Positions 1 to 11,900 of a DNA stretch of 63,780 nucleotides are shown here, piece after piece. The stretch is from Geosiphon pyriformis uo1. Its lineage: Eukaryota > Fungi > Glomeromycota. The notes under the pieces are model-generated. The model made no database searches, had not been told where the DNA came from, and was given only the letters and a program-made list of their open reading frames with translations. The first letter of the stretch is position 1, and every line of letters begins with the position of its first letter. A program made the position numbers and the translations under genes. The stretch spans positions 62,221 through 126,000 of the forward strand of contig JAAOMT010000254.1 of the NCBI GenBank assembly GCA_016748015.1, read 5' to 3'.

Positions 1-3000
1 GCCCATTGCTTTGATTGAGACTGCCAGGAAGATTCTTTCCAAGATTCTGTCTGACCATATTTCAATGGCTTGTAGCAAGTTCAATGTTCTTCAGGGTGAC
101 AACTTTTTGGTGCTGAAGGGTACATCAACGCAATCTCTGGTGTTTGCTGTCAGTTCGGTAATTGAGGATGCCATTGAAAAGGATAGGGAGTTATGATTGG
201 TCTTGCAAGATATGCAGAAAGCTTATGATTCAGTTGGGTGGCATCATTTAAGAGCTAGTTTGCAGCGTGTCAAGATGTGTGAGAGGTTCATAAGGTTTTT
301 TGGTGGTATTCATGAGGATAGAGTTAATAGGGTAATGACTGACTTTGGTTTGTCTGGTGGTTATAAGGTGCATGATAGGTTGGACTAGGGTGAGGTCTTT
401 TCACCACTTCTTTGGAGGATTTTTTACGATCCACTTTTGTGTGAGGTTAAAAGGCACGAACAATTGTGTGGATACCGAATTGATACTAAGTTTGTTTAGA
501 AATCTGGCAGGATTGAGGGCAGTGGTGGTTTGACATCGTATTTTTCGGCTGGTGCGTTTGTTGATGATACGATCTGGGTTGGAAATTGTCAGGCTTCTAC
601 TCAATATGCTCTGAATATTGCCAGTGATTTTTTGTGATCAATGACATTTCTATCAATAGTGAGAAGACGGTGGCTATTCCCATCAATCAGGGCATTAAAG
701 TTGCTTCACTGAACATTTGTGGTCAGCCAATCTCTATTGTCAAGAAAGGGGAAACACATTGGTATCTGGGTATTTTTCTGTCGACTGAAGGGCTCTCCAA
801 GCTGAGTGTTGTCAAGGCTCATGCGGATGTACGTTTCTTCATCAATGTTGTGCTTAGGAAGGCTATTACGGACAAACAATTCTCGTATCTGGTGTCAGCT
901 GTTTTGCAGCCTATTGTTAGCTATCGTACTCAGTTCAGTTTTGTCTCATCTAATGTTTGTCGCAAGTGGGATGTCTTGGTTAGAAAGGGTCTTAGGTCCA
1001 AAGCTTGTCTCCCCCATGATTTTCCTGACACTGCTTTGCATCATCCCTCATTGTATGGACTAAAGCCTTTTGAGCAGGTGCAGTCTGAAGGGAAGATTGC
1101 TGCTTTGATGGCGTTCTCTAATGCTTTTGGCATTCTTGGACGTTTGTTTAGACATAGGTTTTTGGACCTACAGGTTCTTGGTTGGGCTTCTTTAGATCCT
1201 TTGCAGTTTTCAGTCAGGTTGCGTGTTAGTCCAGTGAACAATTTTTTGGCTGGGATGGTGAAGATCTTTCTGGGCAGTGAGCTTACTTTGGTGAACAACC
1301 TCCCCACTGCATTTCGTAATCCTGGTCGGTTCCCATTGTCCTCTGTTCTTGGAAAGTCTCTGTATTTTGATTCGGTCAAATCTCTTAAGCGTTTTGGTGT
1401 CGCTTTTGGTAATCGGCTTTTTGATAAGAAAGGTGTTTTGTTGGATTGGAAAACTTTTCATTGTTGGAAGAGGTTGGATCCATGTGGCCCTGTGCCTCAC
1501 TGGTTCATGGTTTCTTCTGAGTTTTTGAAAGGTCAGGGTTACTCATTTTCTGGTTCTGTTGGCTCAGCAGAGAAGCTGGGTTTGGACATTTTGGGGTCTG
1601 GGGAATTTTCTGCGGTTAAAGATGGATTGCATGACATTTGGTCAGACTCTTTTGAAGTTTTCACGGATGGGTCTTTGAGAAATGCAGGCTCTGTTGAGGT
1701 TGCCTGTGGTGCTGCTGTGTACTTTCCGGTCTTGGATATAAGTATTGGTGTCGCTGTTCGTGGTCTTTTGTCATCTACTATGGCCAAGTTACAGGCTGTC
1801 ACTTTGGCTTTGGAGTGTGTTCCTTCTTCAAGTACTGTGGTGTTGTATCTTGACAGCCAGGCTGTCATTGACGCATGTGTGTCTGAGATGTCTTTGGGTG
1901 CTTCTGATTTCCGTAATCAATGCTGGCTGGAAAGGTGTCATATTTTCAATTTGGTCAGGGATAAGGATCTTAGTGTAAGTTGGGTTAAGGTAAAAGGACA
2001 CTCTGGGATTCCTGGTAATGTGAGAGCTGACTTGGCTGCTGGGGCTGCCTCTGGGTCTCCCTTTTCTCTTTGTGCTGATGTGCATGAACATTTTTTGGTT
2101 GCTGAGGGTGTCGCTGTTTCTGGTAATGCCCGTCATTTTGTCAGAAATATCTTTCAATCAATTCGTTGTGCTCGTTGGGAAGCTGGGCCTGGTTGTGATG
2201 TAGTTCCAGATGCGATGGTTGGTTGCATAGACTGGGTTGTCACGGCAAAGGTGTGGCATCCTGATTCTCATATGCTTGTTGGTTTCACTAGCCGCGCATC
2301 CTCATTGCTTCGCATTTATGTTATGAAGGCTGTGCACAGGAGGTTGCTGGTGGCCATTAGGAAGAGGTTGTATGATAAATGCTACCCTAGTGTGTTGTGT
2401 TTGCTTTGTGGTGAGGTGGAGTTCTCTGACCACGTTTTTACTTGTGTTCATGAGTCTGGCATTTGTGGTGAAATTTTGGCGGAGGCTTCTGCTCATTGGT
2501 CAGCTTTGTCTGGTGGTTCCTCTGCTTCTGCTGTGTTGCGGGTTTTGTCTCAATGTTCCATTGATGTTGGGCTGTACACTTTGGTGTGCAAAGGGTTTGT
2601 GCTGAAGGAGTGATATGAGGAGGCTTGCGATGTTTTTGAGAATAGAAAAGTGGCCACTGCTAGGATTGTTGAGTATGTCAGGTTTGTTGTTGGTTTACAT
2701 CGTGCTAAGATATGGTTGGCTAGAGCCAGCCACCGAGTGGTGATGGAGAAGGCTGGTCTGGTCTGTGATGTTGGTGTTGTTTCTGGGCTCCCTTGTGGTG
2801 TGTCTTCGGTTTTGTCTGACAGTGTTGTGAGATTGCTTGGTTTGACCAATTCTTTTGCTGTTAGCTTTGGTCGTCAGAAGCCTTTTTGTTTCTTTTCTGG
2901 TCTGGGTGGCAGTGTGCGGGTAGTTATAGATGTGTAGTGTTGCCTTGTCTGGCCTGAGTGGCTAGCCACATGTAGAAAGTGTGTGAGTCGTATTTAGTTT

Positions 3001-3075
3001 GAGCCTTTTAGTTTGGTTCTATGTACTAGATAGCAATTGGGCTACACTCGTTAAATGCGTTAATAATAATAATAA
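1..3075 (+). mobile_element. Non-LTR retrotransposon (LINE) copy 1, 3' part: RT - RNase H - CCHC finger, 3' UTR and (TAA)n tail; 5' part lies outside the window
   Basis: RT motifs PIALIET, LQDMQKAYDSV, G(Q)GE.FSPLL and AFVDDTIW (FVDD at 557-568). RNase H motifs FTDGS, LDSQA, KVKGHSGIPGNVRAD. CLLC..DHVFTC finger. ORF stop at 2937; TAA repeats from 3061. Confidence 0.93.
2..2937 (+). pseudogene. LINE ORF2 (RT/RNase H) pseudogene, lightly disabled
   Basis: ORFs 11-196, 197-388, 634-2613 and 2650-2937 join into one protein, broken by stops at 194 (TGG>TGA), 386 (CAG>TAG), ~498 and 2611 (TGG>TGA), and a 1-nt frameshift near 627. Confidence 0.9.
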
Positions 3076-3603
3076 TTGTTAGTATAATTATTAACTTAAT
3101 TATTAATTTCATTTTAAAAATATACAAGTAAAACTTTTTAAAGTTATAAAAATTTATTTACATTTAAATTAAATTTATTTAAAACAAAAATTAATACAAT
3201 AATATTAATTATTTTATTTTTTTTACTATTTTTTTTATTTTATTTTTTTTTAATTTATATAATTGTTGATTTTTGTAAAATATATTAAATAAATACAGTT
3301 AGATCTCTATAAAAAAAACTTTTGATAAAAAATCAATTTCTTACAAAAAACATTTTTTATAGAATTAATTAATTAATTAACAATTTTTTTTATATAAAAA
3401 TAATTTATAAAAGAACAAAAACATAATTTTATCAAACATTTATTTAAAATTTATTTTCGCATAAAAACAAATATTATGTGTTAAATGTTAATTAATAATT
3501 AAAAAAAGAGTTAAAATATATTAAATTGATTTTATTCTAACTTTTTTTTAAATTGATTTATATTAAATTTACTCTTTTTAATTTTGTCTGTTTTTATATA
3601 CAG

Positions 3604-4543
3604 TATTACAGATAATTATTTGGAATATGGAAACAAATAACAAACTTGTAACTTGGTATTTAATGGCTTGTACAATTGATAATACCTGAAAGTTTTGGTA
3701 ATTTGAAGGTTTTTGTATTTGAAGGTTTTAGGTTAGAGTTCTATGTATAATATATAGAAATTCAATAGTTGTTTTTAATAGTCTTTCAAAATGATTATTC
3801 CATCAATTTTTTTCTTTAGTGTAATGGCCAGTTTATTCTGGCAGTTATGTTTTTCTGATAAGCTACTTATTAATTTATAAATTCTATATCCTTATTTCTG
3901 GGTCTTTTACCAAGCTATTTTTAACATCAATTAATTAGCACTTAATCTTTTAAATTAGTTAATAAACAACAAACAACAAAGAAATAAAAGAAAATAAAAG
4001 AAAATAAAGAAAATAAGAAAAAAAAATAAGAATTAATATTTTGTTAATAGCTGTTATCAAAAGCTATTGTTTTAGTGTAATTAAATATTGAATATTATCA
4101 ATATAAAGTGTTAATAATAGATAAATAATGAAAATTTTCAATCAAATAACAATAACATAGATTAGATAATAATAAATATATTTATTAGATATTTTTGATG
4201 AGTTTACTTTAATTGATATTACTATTTGTGAAGTAAAGATTAATTAATAGATAAGAAAAAAAATATTCAATTGAAATTGAACTTAATTCTAAATACTTTT
4301 TTCACTTTTAATGCTAATGTTATATATATAGTTAGTGTTATATAAGATTGCTAGAATTTTGCAATTTTTTTAGAAAAATTCTGAAATTCTGAAATTCTGC
4401 AATTTTTTATGAAGAATCTTGAAATTCTGGAATTCTGAAATCCTGCAATTCTTTCAGAAAAATACTGAAATTTCTCTATTACTATGTTTATTTTTGATTG
4501 GCTATTCCTCTAACTATGATATTCTTAATTTCTATAAGTAATA
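3604..4543 (-). repeat. 3' LTR of family A' element
   Basis: Ends TATTACA / GTAATA (mutated TGTTAC..GTAACA). Reverse complement aligns with LTR 13483-14337. Internal GAATTC(T/C)G tandem repeats. Confidence 0.88.
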
Positions 4544-5117
4544 TATTTTTTTTTTTAATATTGAGCTCTATTAAAATCTTCTAAACTTTTTAGATTTCCT
4601 TCTTGAATTAACTCCATAACTTTCTTCTCTAAAATTGTTTTTGTAAATTTTATCTGCAATTCTTTAAATTAAGCATTGGTTAATTTTTCCAATTGATTAA
4701 TGATTACAGTATCCATTGTTAAATGTAATAATATTTCTGGTCTGTTTTAAAATCCTATCTATAGTCAATAAATAGCTTTTACATATGTAAATAAATTGTT
4801 CTTTCTAATAATTTGTTTAATTTGTTGTAGTTAAATTGGATCAAATTTTTTTTTTGTTTTGTTAGTATATAAGTTTTTAATGCTTAACTATTGTTCTAAT
4901 TAATAGTAACAAAAGTTTTTTTGATTTTGTTGTATCCATTGGTTCTAGTTTTCTAAGATCAATTCATCTTTTAATATTAATATTCTTGAATTTTTTAATG
5001 TTTTTTCTATTTTTTCTATTATTTTATTTACTGTATTCTTAGAAATATAATATCTAAAATATTGTTCTTTGGTTTGGTTTTTTTGTGGTATCTTTTTGTT
5101 TTTATACTGTATTATGT

Positions 5118-5870
5118 TATTATGGTTGAAACTTATACTTCTTATTAATTATCACATATATTAACCACTAATGTCATATAATTAGTCACTCTATTTTTAG
5201 ATAATGATTATTGACCTAATTAATGACTTGACCATTAACCTGATCATTGACTTAATTATTGACTTAATCAATAACCTAATTATTGACTTGATTATTGACT
5301 TAATCATTAATCTAGTTATTGATTTGATTATTAACCACTTTTTGATAGCTATATAAGCAATAAATTTCTTAGCTATAGAAAAGCATATAAAAATTAAAAA
5401 AAAGAAAATAAATAAAATAACAACTTTCATCTCAATCATTTTTTTATTGCTAATTTCTCTTTCCCTATTTTCAAATATCTGAACATCTTGGGATAAAAGC
5501 TTACTTGTTGGTTGTTTTCTACCTTTTTCCTAAAATATGTAATTACAGCATTTGAAAATTATTGAATAAAACATGACTGAAGAGTACATCTAATATCTGA
5601 TATTAAATTCTAAGAGCACCGACATGAAGCATAAAATTATACCAGTGTGTAATCATTTGTTGACAGTATGAACTATCTCTCTACTTTCAGATTCCCTAGT
5701 TATCTTTTAAAAAGTATAGCAACTAAGATATTTTATAAGACTGATTTCGCACATTGAATCCATACTCATTCAATTTACTCTTTGAAATTAAATTCTTTTT
5801 GATTTCTTTTATTATCTTACAATTCTGTTTTCCCTTGTTATTTGTTAGTTTGTTACTCCAACCCATAATA
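5118..5870 (+). mobile_element. Solo LTR, family B
   Basis: Colinear with 6144-6810. Perfect 4-bp TSD ATGT (5114-5117 and 5871-5874). Removing it restores the A' ORF3 frame. Confidence 0.9.
5205..5336. repeat. 12-bp tandem repeat (ATTGACYTRATY) inside family B LTR
   Basis: About 10 units here versus about 3-4 units in the other LTR B copy (~6232-6280). Confidence 0.8.
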
Positions 5871-6143
5871 ATGTGTTTATTAATAATAATTTCCAGGCTT
5901 GATTCTTGTTGTTGAATCAGTTGTAATAGTTGTTGTATAAGTGAGTAGATATTGTTAGTAATTTTCATTTTTTCTTGTTGTTTTTGTTACATGTGTTGGT
6001 TTTTTATATACTGTTCTGATAGATCAATTTAATGTGTTTGTTTCAATGATAATAATTAGTTCTAAATCTTGTGAAATTTTATTTGGTTCAACTAGTATTC
6101 TTTGTACTTTCAATTGTGAAATATTATTGGTAAATAATAATAC

Positions 6144-6810
6144 TGTTATGGTTGAAACTTATACTTTTTATTAATTATTATATGTATTAGCCACTGATGT
6201 CATATAAATTAGCCACACTATTTTTAGATAGTGATTATTGACCTGATTAATAACCTGACCATTGATCTGATCATTGACCACTTTTGACAGCTATATAAGC
6301 AATGAATCTCTTAGCTGTAGAAAAGCATGTTCAAAATAATCAAGAATAAATAAAATAACAACTTTTTATCTCAATTATTCTCTTATTGCTAATTTCTCTT
6401 TTCCTATCTTTAAGTATCTGAACATCTTGGGATAAAAGATTACTTGTTGGTTAATTCTTACTCTTTTTTCTGAAACATATAAATGTAGCATTTAAAAATT
6501 ATTAAATAAAATATGACTGAAAAGCACATCTGATACCTGATATTGAATTCTAAGAGTGCCAACATAAGGCATAGAATTATACCAGTGTATGATTATTTGT
6601 TGACAGTATGGACTATCCCTCTATCTTTAGATTTCCCAGTTACTTTTTAAAAAGAATAGTGACTGAGATATTTTATGAGACTGATCTTGCACATTGAATC
6701 CATACTTATTCAATTCACTCTTTAAAGTTGAATTCCTTTTGATCTCTTTCATCACCCTACAATCCTGTTCTCTCTTGCTATCTGTTAGCTTGTTACTTCA
6801 ATCTGTAACA
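6144..6810 (+). repeat. 5' LTR, family B
   Basis: TGTTA...TGTAACA ends; followed by a PBS and gag; interrupts the A' integrase. Confidence 0.9.
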
Positions 6811-6816
6811 TAAAAG

Positions 6817-6832
6817 TAGTGCTCCCTGTGAG
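6817..6832 (+). promoter_or_regulatory. Primer binding site (T[G>A]GTGCTCCCTGTGAG)
   Basis: Starts 6 nt after the LTR end and matches the family C PBS TGGTGCTTCTTGTAAGG. The complement ..CTCACAGGGAGCACCA resembles a tRNA 3' end. Confidence 0.7.
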
Positions 6833-6862
6833 ATTGTCAAAATCCACTTTGTTTCCTATTGT

Positions 6863-8900
6863 ATGGGTGATTATTTATACCTGCCACAACAATCAAAAGA
6901 ACACTTTAAAGCACACAACAAAAACGATCTAGACTTTATTAAACTCAATCCTTTGCCCTCCTGCTTGATTTGCTTCTCCATTAGAGATCAATTCAATAGA
7001 CAATTCCAAGATTTTTGGAACTGGTTCCTGAACAAGCATTCAGCTGAAATCTACACAGTCTATACAATTTATTACTTTGATCAAGCTTATTTTAAAGACA
7101 ACTTTGAAGAAAGAAACAACAGCATCAATCAACTTTTATACTCCACAACCTTTGAACAACAGCCTCCTGATTCTGAATATCTGAATCATCAAATCCACAT
7201 TTGGATTACTGCTCATCAAGCAACTGAAACTCTCTTTGAAACAGAAGAAGAAAGCTACCAAACTGCTCCTGTTTTTGATCTTTTATCAAGCAAATTAGAC
7301 TCATCTACACAAACAGTTACCCCTGAACCAATGGCTAATGATCCCATGTAAGCAAACATTCTGGCCATTCTCCAAAATATACAAACTGCTTTAGGAAGAA
7401 GAAACAATACCCCATTACCACTATTTAGAAGTAATGTACAAGATTTAATTGAATAGTTGGATGATTTTGAGAGAGCTACTACAGCCAACCAGTATGATGA
7501 AGAATACAAGTTCCAAATCATTGGTGGCTATTTCCAAAACTCTCCTGCTACCTGGTTCTTACAAGAAACAGATGCCAATGCTCAACACCAAATAATCAGA
7601 TGGACATCAACTAATGCTAGAAAAAAAAATACTTCTTTTACTACCTGGTTTAAGACCAAGTTTAGAACCTCAATATTAATATCCAAAGGTGCATGGAATT
7701 GGAAAAAAAACCCAAGGCTCTGAAGAAGTAGTAACTGAATATGCCAAAGCTATCAGAAAGCTAATCAAACATATAGACTTTGGAAGAAATTAGACAGAAG
7801 AGCAAAAAATTCATTCTTTCACAAAAAGATTAAAAACTGATCTATCATATGTTCTTTGGCCTCTCTTGGCTTTAAAAGATAACTCAACAATAGACATGGC
7901 TATTGAACTGGCACAAAAAATTAAAGATAATCAAAGGATACATTTGGGATCCATACTTCCAGTTTTTGCTTTTGCTCTTACCATGGCTCCAGCTCCACAA
8001 ATAGCTGCTGCCTCTTTTGCTGTCCAAACTCAAGACCCAAATAAACAGTTAATAAATAGACTTACAGCTAATCTTGTTTGGCTACTAGAACCTTTGGCCC
8101 AAGCAGTTAGAGAAAATCAACAACTCCAAAAACTCAGATTTGAACCCTGCTTCAATCAGCCCCAACAATCATCATATCAAAGACAGCAAAATTGTGGCCC
8201 ACCTGTGTGCTATCACTGTGAACTAACTGGACACTTCTTAAGAGACTGTAACAATCCTCCATTGCTCTCTTTAGCTCCTAGAAATAATAATATCCAGAAT
8301 AACAGACCCAACAATAATAATGTTTCCAATCAAAGACCCAATCATGCCAACATCAAATTTCTTTGAAGAGAATTCTCTAGTAGAAGCCACTGTTTATTAG
8401 CCTTTAAACTGGTAGGTGCACCTCCAAAGGGTAAGAGTGCAAGCCAACCAGAAAAAAACTCCTTTTATGCTTTTAACTTAACTAATGATGACCATAACAT
8501 GGATAAACTAGCAATCAATACTTCTGAATCAACAAGAAAAAAGAAAAAAGCCAAAGTTAATTTCGTTATAGATCCAAAGAAAGCCTTTACATCAACTGCT
8601 GATAACAATGAGCTACCAAAAGCTAAAGTTTTAAAAAATTCTCTAAAGTTGGAACCTTCAGAAATTGTACAAAAATCTGGATCATATTCTGTTGTCAAAG
8701 ATCTCATGGAAACTCCTGCTTACATTACTTTTGGCCAATTAATAACCTATCCCCAATTTAGAAAAGATCTTTACAAATTATTAATACTAAAGAAGAAGAC
8801 ACTAAAAACCAACAAATGCCCTTGTCAAGCTGGACTTGCTGACAACAGCAATATTACTCTTCTGATTTGCAAAACCCAAGTGGCTGGCTACTTTATTGAA
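6863..8900 (+). pseudogene. gag: gag of family B, truncated at the start of the protease
   Basis: Capsid-like region (LDDFERA..ANQY; VTEYAKAIRKL; IHSFTK.LKTDL). Zinc knuckle CYHCELTGHFLRDC at ~8208-8249. Ends at ICKTQVAGYFI, just before the expected LDSG. Confidence 0.85.
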
Positions 8901-11900
8901 TAATTTACACAATTCCAAAAGAAGAAGAACCAATCAGCAGCTGTAAATCGAAATCAGAGTCACTGTTCAATTCCAATTCAAACTCTGACAATGATGACAA
9001 TGAAAATAACAGTTCCAGCTCCATCCAAAATGACAACAAAAATTACGATAATTTAAACTCCAATTCAAATCCCGAACAATACATCACACTTCCTAATCTC
9101 TCTAAGGAGCAGAAACTAAAATGGTTTAGTAACAATGATGAAAGCATTATGCCAGAACATGCACATGATACTAATGCAGAATTTAATCTGAGATATCTCA
9201 GAAAAGATGCCATTAAATTGGAACCACATTCATGTACCTGTATTGATCTTAAAATAGCACTGGAAATTTTAACAACAACAATAATTCAACTAGTATTCAA
9301 GAGTAGTTTAGCAAAAAAAGGAGTCAATATTAGAGAAAGAATAATTAATGCAGAATATATAGGAAACATTATTGCAATGCTACAAAATAACTCTGAAAAA
9401 GCCTATATCATAAAGCCAAATGAAAAGATAGCACAGGCAATATTCTTATTTCTGGTAAAAATAGCTCAGCTAGTACCAGTGAGAAATAGAGAAGAATTAG
9501 GGATTACAGCAAGAGGGATACAGAGATTCAGATCCATGAGTAGAATAGATGTACCAGTTAATATGGCAGAGAAAAAAACTGTTAACAAGAGAGAAATTAT
9601 CTTCACCTATTAATTAATTTTCATTCTATCATATGACCAATACATGTTAGTTATAGAGAAAAAAGTAAAAAATCAGGTTCAAATTTTTGAGACAAAAGCA
9701 ACACTTTGTAAATCAGGAGAAATTGGATTAGTCAATCTATACATACCAGTCAAGAATTACAGTCACATAAAAATTCTCATTTACAACAACACGAGAAACA
9801 TTATTGAGATACTAAAAAGAACTACCATTGGATATTTAATCACCGAAATTAAAAAACAACCACCAAACCCTATTTCAGACTTTTCACAATTGTGTAGATA
9901 TGTGAATATTACATCACAAACAATATATGGATGAGAAAAATGTTATCTGCTCCAACCAGAACAATTGGAACAGATAAACTTGAAAAATCTAGACCCACTA
10001 CAATGTATACAGCTTAAAATATTACTTAATAATTTCAATAACATCTTTGCCAGTAAAAATGAATTTGGCAGAACTAATATAATCCAGCACCAGATCAAAA
10101 CTGGAGATGCAATGCCAATCAAACAGAGAGCATACAGAGTACCATCTGCCAGCCATGAAATTATTTATCAAGAAATCAATTAGATACTTGACAATGGGTT
10201 AATTCAACTATCAATAAGCCTATGGTCATTATCAGTAATATTAGTCTGTAAGAAGAATAGAAAAATCCGCTTTTGTGTGGATTACCAAAAACTAAATGGA
10301 GTAACAAAAAAAAATAGTTACCCAACTCCAAAGATCCAAAAACTGTTTGATGCTTTTGGAGGAAAGAAATGGTTTTCAACTTTGGACTTAGACAGTGGTT
10401 ATTGGCAAGTAGCTATAAAACCAGAAGATAAAGAGAAAACAGTGTTCACAACACAAGAAGAAAATTTCGAATTCAAAGTGATGCCATTTGGCTTGATGAA
10501 TGCTCCAGCCACTTTTCAGTGACTTATGAAAATTGTTTATACTAGACTACTATAGAAATCAGTAGTCATATACTTAGATAACACCAATGTGTTCTCAAAA
10601 ACATTTGATAATTATCTGCATCATCTCCAACAAGTATTTGAAAGACTTTGACAAGCAGAATTGAAATTAAATGCAAACAAATACTTCTTTAACAAAATGG
10701 AACTTAAGTTTTTGAGACATGTTGTGAGCAAAAATGGTATTAAAACAGATCCAGATAAGATTGAGATTGTTAAGAACTTTTCAGTACCAAATAATCTTAC
10801 AGAATTAAGAGCATTTTTGGAATTTGCCAGATACTACCACCATTTTATCAAAGACTTTTCCAAAATAACTCAACCACTACATCAATTTCAAACAAAAAAC
10901 ACCAAATATGAGTGGACTGAAATCCAACAAAAAGCCTTTGACACACTAAGAAGAAAACTTATTCAAGTCCCAGTATTAATCTATTTAGACTACAGCAAAC
11001 CATTTATCATTACCACCAATGCATTAGGCCAAGCATTGGAAGCAGTACTATCACAGAGAGAACCAAATGGAAAAGAATATTTAATAACTTATGCCAGTAG
11101 AAGCTTAAGTTCAGCTGAAAAGAACTATGAAACTCCAGTATTGGAATACTTAACAATCTATTGGACTGTCATAAAATGGAAAAAATACTTGAGTCAAAAG
11201 TTTGATGTGTATACCAATCACAAAGAATTGACTTCAATCCAGAAGTAAAAATTTGGAGACAATTGTCATGTCAAATGAAAAATAAAACTTTTACTATTTA
11301 ATTATATAGTATATTATAAAAAAAAAAAAAAAACAGAAATGCCAACAGATTGTTATGAATAAGACAAATCTAAAAACATTTCAACCCAAAAATATAACAA
11401 AAGATGAATATACAAAAATATCAACAACTCCAACATTATATAAATACCAAATTGTTCAAGGAAAAATTATCTCAAAAAGAACAAAGGAACATGAAACAAC
11501 AATTAAAATATTTTATCAACCATTAAAATATACTTTACCAGAAGAACAAAAGAAATCCAGATCAACCAACCAAAGTAATTACAGAACCAGAGAAAAAGAC
11601 AATATTATTTAACATACACTCAGATTCAACAGCAGAACATTTTTATAAAGAAACAACCATGAAAAAAACCAAAAAAAGATACTATTGGCCATCAGTGTAT
11701 CCAGACATCATCTAATATGTTCAAAATTGTGATGCTTGTCAGAGAAAAGGAGAAACAAAACCCAATGAACCATTGAGACCAATCAAAGTAAAACAACTAT
11801 TCGATCATATTGGAATTGACTTAGTCAGACTATTAACAATTACCAGCAGAGACAACAGATATATTGCAGTAGTCATAGATTATTTCACAAAATGGCCAAA

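Larger units (their letters stand above)
4555..6143 (-). pseudogene. Family A' integrase C-terminus and ORF3 relic, split by a solo LTR
   Basis: MKITNNIYSLIQQLLQLIQQQ (ATG at 5968) matches EITNSIHLLTQQLFQLIQQQ at 12842. Ends DFNRAQY* at 4555. DLELIIIIE motif at ~6043-6069. Confidence 0.8.

Noticed and set aside
194-2613. Alternative genetic code (TGA=Trp) suggested by in-frame TGA at Trp positions
   Set aside because: TAG and TAA also replace Trp and Gln in the TEs, and host genes use TGG for Trp and TGA as stop; G>A/C>T mutation explains it.
345-2849. Many overlapping antisense or alternate-frame ORFs
   Set aside because: Shadow ORFs of the relatively GC-rich LINE ORF2.
5205-5336. Possible CRISPR-like arrays here and in the LTR A and C repeats
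   Set aside because: Head-to-tail degenerate units without unique spacers, in a eukaryotic LTR context with no cas genes.
5197-5439. ORF with repeating IKSI peptide
   Set aside because: Translation of the 12-bp tandem repeat inside LTR B.
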